A DNA stretch of 64,000 bases from a bacterium (GTDB lineage Bacteria > Patescibacteriota > UBA1384 > 2-12-FULL-50-11): NCBI GenBank assembly GCA_021463485.1, contig JAJTYJ010000003.1, forward strand, positions 23,292 to 87,291. Reading direction: 5' to 3'. A program made the position numbers and the translations under genes. How positions within the stretch are numbered: the first letter of the stretch is position 1; every line of letters begins with the position of its first letter. Below are positions 43,893 through 53,244 of the stretch, one piece after another. Below the pieces are notes generated by a model. That model worked only from the letters and a program-made list of their open reading frames with translations, was not told where the DNA came from and did no database searches.

Positions 43893-44687
43893 ATGAGCAA
43901 AACTCTTCCAGCCCCGAAACTTGCTGCCCGCCTCGGCGTCGGTAAGGTTTTCATTCCTCGGATCATGCCAAGCAAAGACTCTGAATTGCCGCGCAGTCGA
44001 GATCTGGCGATCCTAGAATCGACGCTAAAAGGAGTACTTCGTCGAGCTGCCGATTTGCGATCACAGATCCACGCCCCGGTCTTTGGGGTAGAAACGGTAG
44101 ATACCGATCAGCTACAAACCGAGCTGGAGTGGCGACTGGAATACGCGGAGCACGCGCGACGCGTACTTCTGCCGCGCATCCACAACTACCCAATTCTAAG
44201 CGCCGAACCGCTAACGTGGCGCGACGAGCAAGGTTTTCCGAAGCTGGTGATCGTTCCGATCGACAGAGCCGGAGAGGTTGAGATCAGCGCCAACCGCGAC
44301 CGCTGGCACTACCGGCCGATCGGTACTGGAAGCGACGTTGACTACGGCGATTTTGGTCAAGAGATTATCACCCCGTGTTACGAGTCGGTCGGCGAGGTAC
44401 TAAGAAAACAAGCGCCGTACGGCGGCCTGATCTCGATCAAAACGACGCTCAACGGTTTACTAATGCCGAAAAAAACACGCGAGAAAATCGCGGCAGCACG
44501 CGCCCACTTTGGCAAGCAAATCTTCCTGATCGCCGAAGCACCGCAGCCGTGGGAGATCAACGTCGTCGTGCCGCCAAAACCAGACCCATTGGTGGTTGGT
44601 TACGAGAACGGCCTACTCTTCTTGATTGACACGTTCAATATGACCCGAATCGAACGCGTCGTCGCTGCCGAATACACTCTCGGGTAA
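43893..44687 (+). CDS. Hypothetical protein (~265 aa), no recognisable domain, visibly GC-richer than surroundings
   Basis: ATG 6 nt after AAGGAG; ORF ends at a strong terminator; Arg/Pro-rich composition. Confidence 0.5.
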   Translation: MSKTLPAPKLAARLGVGKVFIPRIMPSKDSELPRSRDLAILESTLKGVLRRAADLRSQIHAPVFGVETVDTDQLQTELEWRLEYAEHARRVLLPRIHNYPILSAEPLTWRDEQGFPKLVIVPIDRAGEVEISANRDRWHYRPIGTGSDVDYGDFGQEIITPCYESVGEVLRKQAPYGGLISIKTTLNGLLMPKKTREKIAAARAHFGKQIFLIAEAPQPWEINVVVPPKPDPLVVGYENGLLFLIDTFNMTRIERVVAAEYTLG

Positions 44688-44692
44688 CGTCC

Positions 44693-44720
44693 AACCTGCC
44701 GCGGTGCGGCAGGTTTTTTA
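44693..44720 (+). terminator. Rho-independent terminator
   Basis: cctgccgc-ggt-gcggcagg hairpin + TTTTTTATTT. Confidence 0.7.
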
Positions 44721-45488
44721 TTTAAGCGCTTTACGGAACGATAGAACAGTGAAGCTAACGAGGACGACAAACATTACCCCTGCAGCAATGAAGCCCTGAG
44801 TAATAGCTGGGTCACCGAAGCCGTAAAGCACCAAAGCGCGGATCGCCTCGATAATGTAGGTTACTGGATTAAGATCGGTTGCTCGTGCGAACGTCTCTGG
44901 CAGTAGCTCGCGAGGCGCAGCCGAGGTTGTAATTGATAGTAACGGGAAGACTAGCAGGAACATGGACTGAACTAGACGAGCGTTCTGTGCGCGTAAGGCA
45001 ATGATCATACCGATACAGCTCCAGGCCATAGCAAACAACATCAGGATACCGAAGATCGTTATTACACCGAGTACACCAGACTCGAAATTTACACCCCAAA
45101 GCAATAGCAGCACTAACATAATTAATCCCTGCATTATTGCTTGGAACGCTACTTCAACTAGCTTTGCTAAAACGATCGACAATTTATTGATCGGCATAAT
45201 CACCAATTTCTTGAAGTAGCCGCCAGTGATGTCTTGAACCAACTCGATACCAGCGTTACCAGCTGAGAAGAAAATTGCAGTAAAAATAGCAACCGGAGCG
45301 ATAAAGTCTTTATAGGAAACGTCCGGGAATCCGGGCACCTGAGAAAAAGCGGTTAGCGAAAGTGAGTTGACCACAAAGAAAAAGATCGGCATAAACAACG
45401 ACGGGATCAACGCCATAATCGGCCGCCAAATCAGTTTGATGTTACGGATCGAAAGGTAAAACCAGTCAGAAAAAAATGTGTTCATCAT
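44718..45488 (-). CDS. ABC-2 type transporter permease
   Basis: 6-TM 256 aa protein with ABC-2 family architecture; 4-bp overlap with upstream ATPase gene. Confidence 0.8.
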   Translation of the reverse strand: MMNTFFSDWFYLSIRNIKLIWRPIMALIPSLFMPIFFFVVNSLSLTAFSQVPGFPDVSYKDFIAPVAIFTAIFFSAGNAGIELVQDITGGYFKKLVIMPINKLSIVLAKLVEVAFQAIMQGLIMLVLLLLWGVNFESGVLGVITIFGILMLFAMAWSCIGMIIALRAQNARLVQSMFLLVFPLLSITTSAAPRELLPETFARATDLNPVTYIIEAIRALVLYGFGDPAITQGFIAAGVMFVVLVSFTVLSFRKALK

Positions 45489-46306
45489 CTCCTCGCTCTT
45501 ATATACGGATCGCTCGCATTTTCGTTTACTTCCTCGTTGGCTAGGTTGCTACCCGTTGTTTTTAGAAAAACTTCTTCTAAGTTCTTAGACTGATGTTTTT
45601 TCTTTAACTCGTCCGGTGTACCGATTGTTACAATTTTCCCTTTATCCATTATAGCGATGCGCTCACAGAGTTGTTCCGCCTCTTCCATAAAGTGGGTGGT
45701 TAAGAAAATTGTCATACCCTGACGGTTTAATTCACGAATGTGTCCCCAAATGAGCTGTCTAGCGTGCGGATCTAGACCTTGTGTCGGCTCGTCGAGAAAT
45801 AAAATTTTTGGTTTGTGGATTAACGAGAGCGCTAGATCGAATCGACGTCGCATACCTCCGGAGTATGTAGAGGTAAACTTGTCGGCAACTTTCTCCAGTT
45901 CAACAAGCTTTAGGAGTTTACTAATCTGTTCCTTAATTTCAGCCGGTTGTAAGTGGTAGAGGCGACCGTGCAGCTCCATCATCTCGCGGGCTGTTGCTAC
46001 CTCGTCTAACCCAACTTCTTGCATCGCAAATCCAACTCGCTTATAAACTTCGTCTGCGTGTTCCGTTACCTCAAATCCGTCGATTTTAACGGAACCACTG
46101 GTTTTCTTAACTAGATTAACCAGCATATTCATTGTTGTAGATTTACCGGCGCCGTTTGGCCCTAAAAATCCGAAAAATTCGCCTTCACGAACTTGGAACG
46201 AAACACTGTCGACGGCTTTTGTGCCGCCAGGATAAACTTTTGTGAGGTTTTTTACCTCGATGATCGATTTAGTACTTTTTGGCATTAATTTAGTATGAAC
46301 GATCAA
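45485..46306 (-). CDS. ABC transporter ATP-binding protein
   Basis: Walker A GPNGAGKSTT, signature YSGGMRRR, Walker B ILFLDEPT. Confidence 0.9.
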   Translation of the reverse strand: MIVHTKLMPKSTKSIIEVKNLTKVYPGGTKAVDSVSFQVREGEFFGFLGPNGAGKSTTMNMLVNLVKKTSGSVKIDGFEVTEHADEVYKRVGFAMQEVGLDEVATAREMMELHGRLYHLQPAEIKEQISKLLKLVELEKVADKFTSTYSGGMRRRFDLALSLIHKPKILFLDEPTQGLDPHARQLIWGHIRELNRQGMTIFLTTHFMEEAEQLCERIAIMDKGKIVTIGTPDELKKKHQSKNLEEVFLKTTGSNLANEEVNENASDPYIRARR

Positions 46307-46383
46307 TTCATGTGTGTAAAGGAGCCTTTACATAGACGAGAGTTTGGAACTATTGACGAAACCAGCACGGGATTTTGGTAATT

Positions 46384-46401
46384 ATTGGCCTATTTGCCAA
46401 T
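46384..46401. promoter_or_regulatory. Inverted repeat ATTGGC-N6-GCCAAT followed by TGATACT (-10-like), ~80 bp upstream of ABC transporter operon: candidate operator
   Basis: attggcctatttgccaat has perfectly complementary 6-bp arms; position between operon start and tRNA-Gly. Confidence 0.35.
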
Positions 46402-46528
46402 GATACTCGTGCGCGATGAGGGTACTGTAAGCCCATGGTTAATGTAGTGTTGGTAGCGTTCGAAAAGCATCAGGACGATCATCCAACTTGACGAGGCGGC
46501 GCAGGACATCGTGAACCGTAGTGTTCCA

Positions 46529-46560
46529 CCTCAACTCTAGCAAATACCCCCAGGCGACGA
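46529..46560 (-). terminator. Hairpin terminator downstream of tRNA-Gly (minus strand)
   Basis: ccccagg-cgacgac-cctgggg 7-bp stem flanked by T-rich sequence on both strands. Confidence 0.5.
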
Positions 46561-46582
46561 CCCTGGGGTATTTGCTATCTAG

Positions 46583-46654
46583 AGCGGGAGACGGGGTTCG
46601 AACCCGCGACCTCTTCCTTGGGAAGGAAGCATTCTACCACTGAACTACTCCCGC
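46583..46654 (-). tRNA. tRNA-Gly (anticodon CCC)
   Basis: Minus strand GCGGGAGTAGTTCAGTGGTAGAATGCTTCCTTCCCAAGGAAGAGGTCGCGGGTTCGAACCCCGTCTCCCGCT; loop TTCCCAA. Confidence 0.8.
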
Positions 46655-46804
46655 ATTTTGACCAGATTGTATCACGCTCCAGGTTCGTCTCCAAAGCGTG
46701 CAGGGTAAGGGGGTGTGGGGGTTTAGGGGCTGCCTCGCAGTTAAGCCCCTCTACCCCCACATTTACTCTTTATAAATTGATAATATTCTCGTACATTAAT
46801 ACCA

Positions 46805-47818
46805 ATGAGGGGAAAGATTGTCTTTTTTGAAGTTGACCAGTACGAACAAGAACTTTTTCGGGAGAAATTAAGTGGCGAAGGCGAGCTCGTGTTTTACCCA
46901 CACCGCTTAACGCACGACAACATTGACGAAGCCAAACCCGCCGATTACATCGTCAGTTTTATCTATTCTGACCTTTCGGATCGAATGTTAGACCAACTCC
47001 CAAACCTCAAAGGTATCGCTACGATGTCGGTTGGGACGGATCATATCGGGCTCGAAGAAACAACCAGACGCTCTATCCCGGTCTGCAACGTGCCAGCCTA
47101 CGGGCCAAACACTGTTGCTGAACACGCCGCCGCACTACTCTTGGCGCTTTCGCGACGGATCGTTGAGTCTGTCGATCGAACCCGAGAAGGTGTTTACGAG
47201 TACACTGGCTTAACGGGGTGGGACTTAAAAGGAAAAACGATAGGTATTGTTGGTACCGGCAAGATCGGGGCTCACGTGGCGCGTATTGCCAACGGCTTTG
47301 AGATGAAGATTATCGCCTACGACCCACACCCAAATACCGAGCTAACAGAAAAATACGGCGTCGAATTTATGGAGATGCCGCAGCTTCTCCATCGATCCGA
47401 CGTTGTTACGTTACACGTTCCGCTCACGCCAGAAACTAAACATATGATCGGCCAAGAACAATTTTCGCAGATGAAACCGGGCATGGTACTCATTAATACC
47501 GCTCGTGGCGCCCTAATAGACCCAAACGCGTTACTTGATGCGCTCGAGAAGGGTGTAATCTCACAGGCAGGCATCGATGTACTAGAAGACGAAGGCATAC
47601 TAAAAGAAGAGAAAGAGTTCTTCTCCAGCTACTTCAAGCTCCAAGATTATCAAACGGCGTTAGCGAATCATGCCTTAATGAGACACCCGAAAGTAATCGT
47701 CACGCCTCATAACGCTTTTAATAGTAAAGAAGCGTTACAGAATATTACTCAAACGACGGTCGATAACATTAAGGGGATGTTAAGCGGCGATCGTGTTAAT
47801 CAAGTTAATCACACCTGA
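46805..47818 (+). CDS. D-isomer-specific 2-hydroxyacid dehydrogenase (D-lactate dehydrogenase / phosphoglycerate dehydrogenase family)
   Basis: NAD-binding GIVGTGKIGAHVARIA, catalytic RGALID...HNAF motifs. Confidence 0.85.
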   Translation: MRGKIVFFEVDQYEQELFREKLSGEGELVFYPHRLTHDNIDEAKPADYIVSFIYSDLSDRMLDQLPNLKGIATMSVGTDHIGLEETTRRSIPVCNVPAYGPNTVAEHAAALLLALSRRIVESVDRTREGVYEYTGLTGWDLKGKTIGIVGTGKIGAHVARIANGFEMKIIAYDPHPNTELTEKYGVEFMEMPQLLHRSDVVTLHVPLTPETKHMIGQEQFSQMKPGMVLINTARGALIDPNALLDALEKGVISQAGIDVLEDEGILKEEKEFFSSYFKLQDYQTALANHALMRHPKVIVTPHNAFNSKEALQNITQTTVDNIKGMLSGDRVNQVNHT

Positions 47819-47824
47819 GTCGCA

Positions 47825-48250
47825 ATGCTATTTTTAGCTGCTGACCACGCCGGGTACGAAATGAAGGAATTTATTCGTCATAAATTGGCTACTCGTAACG
47901 TTGCGTTCGAAGACTTTGGTACGTTCTCAGACGAGCCTGTCGATTATCCTGGTTACGCTCATAAAGTGGCACGAGCCGTAGTAAAGCATAAGGGTCGAGG
48001 CATTCTTTTTTGCCGCTCGGGACAGGGTATGGCGATAGCAGCCAATCGGCACAAAGGCGCCCGTGCCTCGGTGGTCTGGAGTAAAGAAATCGCTCAAGAA
48101 ACCCGTGAAGATAACGACGCCAACATCCTTTCGTTGCCCGCTCGTTTTATCGATCAAGACACGGCGTGGGAGATCGTCTCAGCGTTTTTATCGACAACAT
48201 TTAGCCATGAAGACCGACACAAAAGAAGGATAAGCCAGCTTGAGCCATGA
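47825..48250 (+). CDS. rpiB: Ribose-5-phosphate isomerase B
   Basis: LAADHAGYEMKEFI..., GILFCRSGQGMAIAANR. Confidence 0.9.
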   Translation: MLFLAADHAGYEMKEFIRHKLATRNVAFEDFGTFSDEPVDYPGYAHKVARAVVKHKGRGILFCRSGQGMAIAANRHKGARASVVWSKEIAQETREDNDANILSLPARFIDQDTAWEIVSAFLSTTFSHEDRHKRRISQLEP

Positions 48251-48897
48251 GATCGAAATCACCAATTATCCCAGCAGTACTCACAACTAATATCGATGTG
48301 TTTTCTCAGCATTTAGAGTTTGCAAAAGAAGTCGGAAACTCGCTCCATATCGACGTGATCGATAACGATTTCTGTCAAGGAAAGTCGTTGGAAATTCGAG
48401 ATTGGCCGGAGCTGTTAATCGAATACACCGAAGCGCACCTGATGGTGCGTGAGCCGTTATCGTACTTAAGCGAATTAGCGGCAAAAAAAGTGACCCGTGC
48501 AATAATTCATATCGAGTCGAATTTCGACCTCATTGAATTAGCCGACCAAGCGAGACGGTTAGATATTTTGCTTGGCTGGGCGGTTAATCCAGACACAGAC
48601 TTAGATAAGTTGCGCAATTTCTATCCAGTCTCTAACTATATTCAACTAATGGGCGTTCAGCCGGGTCTTACCGGTCAGCCGTTTATCGACACAGTATACC
48701 CAGCTATTAGATATTTAGCGAAAAATCCTGCACGAAGGCTGATTGTATCTGTCGATGGTGGCGTAAGCCTCGAGACAACGCCGAAGTTAATCGCTGCCGG
48801 TGCCGACTATTTGGTGAGTAGCGCTGCCATTTTCGAGCGTGGTAATACTTGGAAAGCTAATTATGAGCAGCTGGAGCAAATAATTCATGACCGTTAA
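48247..48897 (+). CDS. rpe: Ribulose-phosphate 3-epimerase
   Basis: IIPAVLTTNIDVF...HIDVIDNDFC...AHLMV...VDGGV...AGADYLV pattern of Rpe TIM barrel. Confidence 0.8.
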   Translation: MRSKSPIIPAVLTTNIDVFSQHLEFAKEVGNSLHIDVIDNDFCQGKSLEIRDWPELLIEYTEAHLMVREPLSYLSELAAKKVTRAIIHIESNFDLIELADQARRLDILLGWAVNPDTDLDKLRNFYPVSNYIQLMGVQPGLTGQPFIDTVYPAIRYLAKNPARRLIVSVDGGVSLETTPKLIAAGADYLVSSAAIFERGNTWKANYEQLEQIIHDR

Positions 48898-49729
48898 AGA
48901 ACTGCAGCTTAAGGCAACGGAAATTCGAACATCGATAATCGAGATGTTGCTTGAAGCTGGCTCAGGACACTCTGCGGGGCCTCTAGGAATGGCCGATATT
49001 TTTACTGCACTCTATTTTGAGGTAATGAATATCGATCCAAACAAACCTGATTGGGCGGATCGCGATCGCTTGGTGTTATCGTGTGGCCACATCTGCCCAG
49101 TACTGTACGCAACGTTAGCGTATCGCGGTTATTTCCCACGCAGCGAACTAATGACATTGCGCCGGTACGGCACTCGATTGCACGGACATCCGCACAATCT
49201 GGCGTTGCCGGGTATCGAGACATCTTCGGGACCGTTAGCGCAAGGCTTAAGCCAAGCCGTGGGGATGGCACTAGCTGCAAAAATGGACGACAAAAAGTGG
49301 CGGACGTATGCGATACTCTCTGACGGCGAGCATAACGAAGGCCAATTATGGGAAGCAATTATGTTTGCCGGCAAGAACAAATTAAACAATCTAACTGCGA
49401 TTGTTGACAGGAATAATATCCAGATCGACGGATTCACTGAGGACGTGATGCCGCTCGAACCGTTACCGGATAAGTACCGCTCGTTCGGTTGGTACGTCCT
49501 GGAGATCGACGGTCATAACTTTAACGAGATCATCGCCGCTCTTCGTCACGCCCGGGCGGTCTTTGAGAAGCCGACTGTCATTATCGCTCACACAGTCCCA
49601 GGTAAAGGGGTTGATTTTATGGAGAACGACTACCGCTGGCACGGTAAACCGCCGAAGGCAGATGAAGCGAAAATAGCGCTTCGCGAGCTCCGGACGCTAC
49701 GCGGTAAAATTATTGGGGAGCACGAGTAA
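48887..49729 (+). CDS. tkt: Transketolase, N-terminal (TPP-binding pyrophosphate) subunit
   Basis: GSGHSAGPLGMADIF, LSCGHICPVLYA, GHPHNLALPGIETSSGPLAQGLSQAVGMA, DGEHNEGQ. Confidence 0.9.
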   Translation: MTVKELQLKATEIRTSIIEMLLEAGSGHSAGPLGMADIFTALYFEVMNIDPNKPDWADRDRLVLSCGHICPVLYATLAYRGYFPRSELMTLRRYGTRLHGHPHNLALPGIETSSGPLAQGLSQAVGMALAAKMDDKKWRTYAILSDGEHNEGQLWEAIMFAGKNKLNNLTAIVDRNNIQIDGFTEDVMPLEPLPDKYRSFGWYVLEIDGHNFNEIIAALRHARAVFEKPTVIIAHTVPGKGVDFMENDYRWHGKPPKADEAKIALRELRTLRGKIIGEHE

Positions 49730-50706
49730 TGCGGTATTTGACGGATCTCGCTAGCTCATTCTCGAATTTAATACCGCCGCGTGATGGCTTCGGTGAAGCG
49801 TTGGTGGAATTGGGGAAAAATAATCAAAATGTTGTAGCGCTAACCGGTGATTTACTCGAGAGTACTCGTGTACAAGCGTTCGCCGAGAAATACCCTGAGC
49901 GATTTGTGGAGATGGGCGTGGCTGAGCAGAATATGGCGGGGGTTGCTGCCGGGATGAGTTTAGCTGGCAAGATTCCTTTTATTACCTCATACGCCGTTTT
50001 TTCGCCTGGACGGAATTGGGACCAAGTGCGTGTCTCGATTTGTTATTCGAAAGCTAATGTAAAGATAGTCGGAGCGCACGCCGGAATCTCCGTTGGACCC
50101 GATGGAGCGACGCACCAAGCCTTGGAAGACGTAGCAATAACAAGAGTTTTACCAAACTTAGTGGTGGTTGTTCCAACGGATAGTATCGAAGCTAAAAAAG
50201 CGACGTTAGCGATCGCTGAGCACGTCGGTCCGTGTTATATCCGCTTCGGTCGGGAAAAAAACCCTGTAATTACAACCGAGAAAACCCCGTTTATCTTAGG
50301 CAAAGCCTTACCGATGATTTCCGGTGATGACGTTACTGTTCTTGCCAACGGTCAGATGGTGGCTCGAGCGATCGAGGCGGCGAAACGTCTAGCAGCCCGA
50401 GATATCAGCGTTGGCGTCGTGAACGTTCATACGGTTAAGCCGCTGGATCAAAAGACTATTATTAATGTAGCGAAAGATACAGGCGCAATCGTCACCGCAG
50501 AAGAACATCAAAAAATTGGTGGCCTTGGCAGCGCAGTGGCTGAGGTATTGGGCGAACATTTTCCGGTACCAATGGAGCGAGTCGGTATTAACGATACATT
50601 CGGTGAGTCGGGCGAACCAAATACACTGATGGATCATTACGGTCTGGCGGTTGACGATATTATTAAAGCCGTTGAGAGAGTATTGGAGCGAAAGCATGCT
50701 CGTTAA
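49729..50706 (+). CDS. tkt: Transketolase, C-terminal (pyrimidine-binding + C-terminal domain) subunit
   Basis: RDGFGEALVELGKNN..., EMGVAEQNMAGVAAGMSLAGKIPF, start ATG overlaps stop of N-subunit (TAATG). Confidence 0.9.
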   Translation: MRYLTDLASSFSNLIPPRDGFGEALVELGKNNQNVVALTGDLLESTRVQAFAEKYPERFVEMGVAEQNMAGVAAGMSLAGKIPFITSYAVFSPGRNWDQVRVSICYSKANVKIVGAHAGISVGPDGATHQALEDVAITRVLPNLVVVVPTDSIEAKKATLAIAEHVGPCYIRFGREKNPVITTEKTPFILGKALPMISGDDVTVLANGQMVARAIEAAKRLAARDISVGVVNVHTVKPLDQKTIINVAKDTGAIVTAEEHQKIGGLGSAVAEVLGEHFPVPMERVGINDTFGESGEPNTLMDHYGLAVDDIIKAVERVLERKHAR

Positions 50707-51538
50707 TTGCAAACAAATTCTTACTAAAGCCGATCAAGAGCGCTACGCGATCGGTGGTTTTAATATCACCAGTCTTGAAACGGCACTTGGTATTATTCAG
50801 GCGGCTGAGGAGCAAAAATCGCCCGTAATATTACAAATTAGCGAGAAGACGATCGATTACATGGGTTTGGAAGTCGTAACTAGTATCGCCCGTACGTTGG
50901 CCGACCGCGCATCTGTGCCAATAGCGGTGCATTTTGACCACGGTCGGAACTTCGAGTTAGTTTGGCGTTCGATCGAGATCGGTTTTTCTTCCGTGATGCT
51001 CGACGTCTCGAAAATGCCGCAGGGCGAACGCATTCCGTTTGTTAAAGATTTTTCCCTGCGAGCGCATCAGCGAAACGTGACTGTCGAAGTTGAAGAAGAT
51101 GTAATCGGAGGACGCGAGGATTATATAGAAGGAAAAGGCTGGAAGTTTACCGATCCAAAGCGAGCAGCAATTTTTGCCAAAGAAACTGGTTGCGATATGT
51201 TTGCCGTTTCAATCGGCAATAGTCACGGGAAGGCGCTACCAGACGAAACACTTGATATGAAGTTGTTATCGGAGATCGACGCCGCTGTTTCGGTGCCGCT
51301 CGTGCTTCACGGGGCTTCCTCAACACCAGATGAGAAAATTCGTGATGCGATTAGTCGAGGCGTTCGGAAAATTAACATAGACACGGACCTGAGACTGGCA
51401 GTAAACGACGCGATCCGTGCTACGCTAAAAGACGAAGCTTTGTACGATCCCAGAGATATCCTCAAGAGTTCGATCGAAGTAGTAAAAAAAGTAGTAAGCG
51501 AAAAAATTCAATTATTTGGAAGTAATGGAAAGGCGTAA
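50696..51538 (+). CDS. fba: Class II fructose-1,6-bisphosphate aldolase
   Basis: KADQERYAIGGFNITSLE..., PIAVHFDHG, FSSVMLDVS, NIDTD; ATG 50696 overlaps end of tkt. Confidence 0.85.
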   Translation: MLVNCKQILTKADQERYAIGGFNITSLETALGIIQAAEEQKSPVILQISEKTIDYMGLEVVTSIARTLADRASVPIAVHFDHGRNFELVWRSIEIGFSSVMLDVSKMPQGERIPFVKDFSLRAHQRNVTVEVEEDVIGGREDYIEGKGWKFTDPKRAAIFAKETGCDMFAVSIGNSHGKALPDETLDMKLLSEIDAAVSVPLVLHGASSTPDEKIRDAISRGVRKINIDTDLRLAVNDAIRATLKDEALYDPRDILKSSIEVVKKVVSEKIQLFGSNGKA

Positions 51539-52534
51539 ATGGTAAAAATTGCGATCAACGGTTTTGGAAGAATTGGGCGTACGGCGGCACGAATACTGCT
51601 AAAACAGTACGCAAATAAAGCAGAGCTAGTGGCGGTTAACGATCTAACGGATCCGAAAACACTGGCTTATCTTTTCACGTATGACTCAAATTATCGTCAA
51701 TTTGAGCACGCAGCCAAAAGCGATTCAGACGAGTTAATAATCGGCGACAAAAAGATTCGGGTTTACGCCGAGAAAGATCCGACAAAGTTGCCATGGGACG
51801 AACTTGAAGTTGATGTTGTACTCGAATGCACTGGACGGTTTACCGATGCCGATAGCGCTAACGGCCATATTAAGGCTGGCGCGCGCAAGGTTGTTATTTC
51901 GGCACCGGCAGAAAACGTACCGACGCACGTTATTGGTGTTAACGACGATAAAGTTGGTGATGCAGCGATAATTAATAACGCGTCGTGTACCACTAACTGT
52001 ATTACGCCTGTTGCTGCGATACTCCATAGCCACTTCGGGATCGCCAAAGCGATGATGACGACCATCCATTCGTATACGCAGGATCAGAATCTTCAGGATG
52101 GCCCGCATAAAGATTTACGTCGAGCGCGCGCGGCCGCTCAAAATATCGTGCCGACCACTACCGGTGCGGCTAAAGCAACAACGGAAGTTATTACCGAACT
52201 CAAAGGGTTATTCGACGGTTTGGCTATTAGAGTACCAACGCCGGTTGGATCGTTATCCGATTTCACGTTCGTCTTAAAGAAAAAGACAACAATTCAGGAG
52301 GTTAACGAAGTATTAACTGATGCCGCGGCGATGCCACGATTTCGCGGCGTATTAGAAGTAACCAACGAACCGATCGTTTCAACGGATATTATCGGTTCAA
52401 GTGCCTCAGCTATTGTCGATTTAAGCTTAACACAGGTTGTTGACGGCGATTTAGTAAAAGTGATCGCCTGGTACGACAACGAATTTGGCTACTCAAATCG
52501 TCTAGTAGAGATGGCGATGGAGGTGGGTAAATGA
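51539..52534 (+). CDS. gap: Glyceraldehyde-3-phosphate dehydrogenase (type I)
   Basis: MVKIAINGFGRIGR, ASCTTNC catalytic Cys, WYDNEFGYS. Confidence 0.95.
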   Translation: MVKIAINGFGRIGRTAARILLKQYANKAELVAVNDLTDPKTLAYLFTYDSNYRQFEHAAKSDSDELIIGDKKIRVYAEKDPTKLPWDELEVDVVLECTGRFTDADSANGHIKAGARKVVISAPAENVPTHVIGVNDDKVGDAAIINNASCTTNCITPVAAILHSHFGIAKAMMTTIHSYTQDQNLQDGPHKDLRRARAAAQNIVPTTTGAAKATTEVITELKGLFDGLAIRVPTPVGSLSDFTFVLKKKTTIQEVNEVLTDAAAMPRFRGVLEVTNEPIVSTDIIGSSASAIVDLSLTQVVDGDLVKVIAWYDNEFGYSNRLVEMAMEVGK

Positions 52535-53208
52535 AGCAGGGAACGTTCGAAGGCGCAACAATTACGGCACTCGGTCACGCAGGCTTCGTTATTGAGTTTG
52601 CCGAGAAGAAACTACGCATCGCCTTTGACCCGTACGATATCAAAGAAGAACAGCCAGTCGATTATATTTTTGTTAGTCACCAGCACTTCGACCACTGCGA
52701 CCCCGTATCGATTCGCAAATTATTAAAGAATTCGACACGTATTATCGCTCCGTCTTGCTGTGAGCGAGAATTATCAGAGTTTGGCCAACAATTAGAGCTA
52801 TTAAAAGACAAAGAAAAACACAAGCTTAAGCAATGTATCTACTGGGCGTTGCCGGCGTACAACGTCAATAAATTCCGAACGCCAAACGAAGTATTTCATC
52901 CCAAAGATATGGGTGGGGTTGGATTTGTTGTTGAAGTAGATGGCTTTCGTATGTACCACGCCGGTGATACCGACAGGATCCCAGAGATGGACGGTCTGAA
53001 AAAACTCGATTTAGCTTTTCTGCCGATTTCGGGAACGTTTGTTATGACGCTCGAAGAAGCGATCGAGGCGGCACAGATATTAAAACCGAAAATGGTTATT
53101 CCGATGCACTTCGGTAAACTTTTGGGGAGCGTCGGCGACGCTAACCGTTATCACAATATGTTGCGTGACTTAATTCCGGTAATGGTGTTAACTGACGCCG
53201 CGTACTAA
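52531..53208 (+). CDS. Metallo-beta-lactamase fold hydrolase
   Basis: HxHxDH motif IFVSHQHFDHCDP, later HAGDT and MHFG metal-ligand positions. Confidence 0.65.
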   Translation: MKQGTFEGATITALGHAGFVIEFAEKKLRIAFDPYDIKEEQPVDYIFVSHQHFDHCDPVSIRKLLKNSTRIIAPSCCERELSEFGQQLELLKDKEKHKLKQCIYWALPAYNVNKFRTPNEVFHPKDMGGVGFVVEVDGFRMYHAGDTDRIPEMDGLKKLDLAFLPISGTFVMTLEEAIEAAQILKPKMVIPMHFGKLLGSVGDANRYHNMLRDLIPVMVLTDAAY

Positions 53209-53244
53209 TTGATCTTTTAACACCAACGGAGTAAAATTTGGGGC

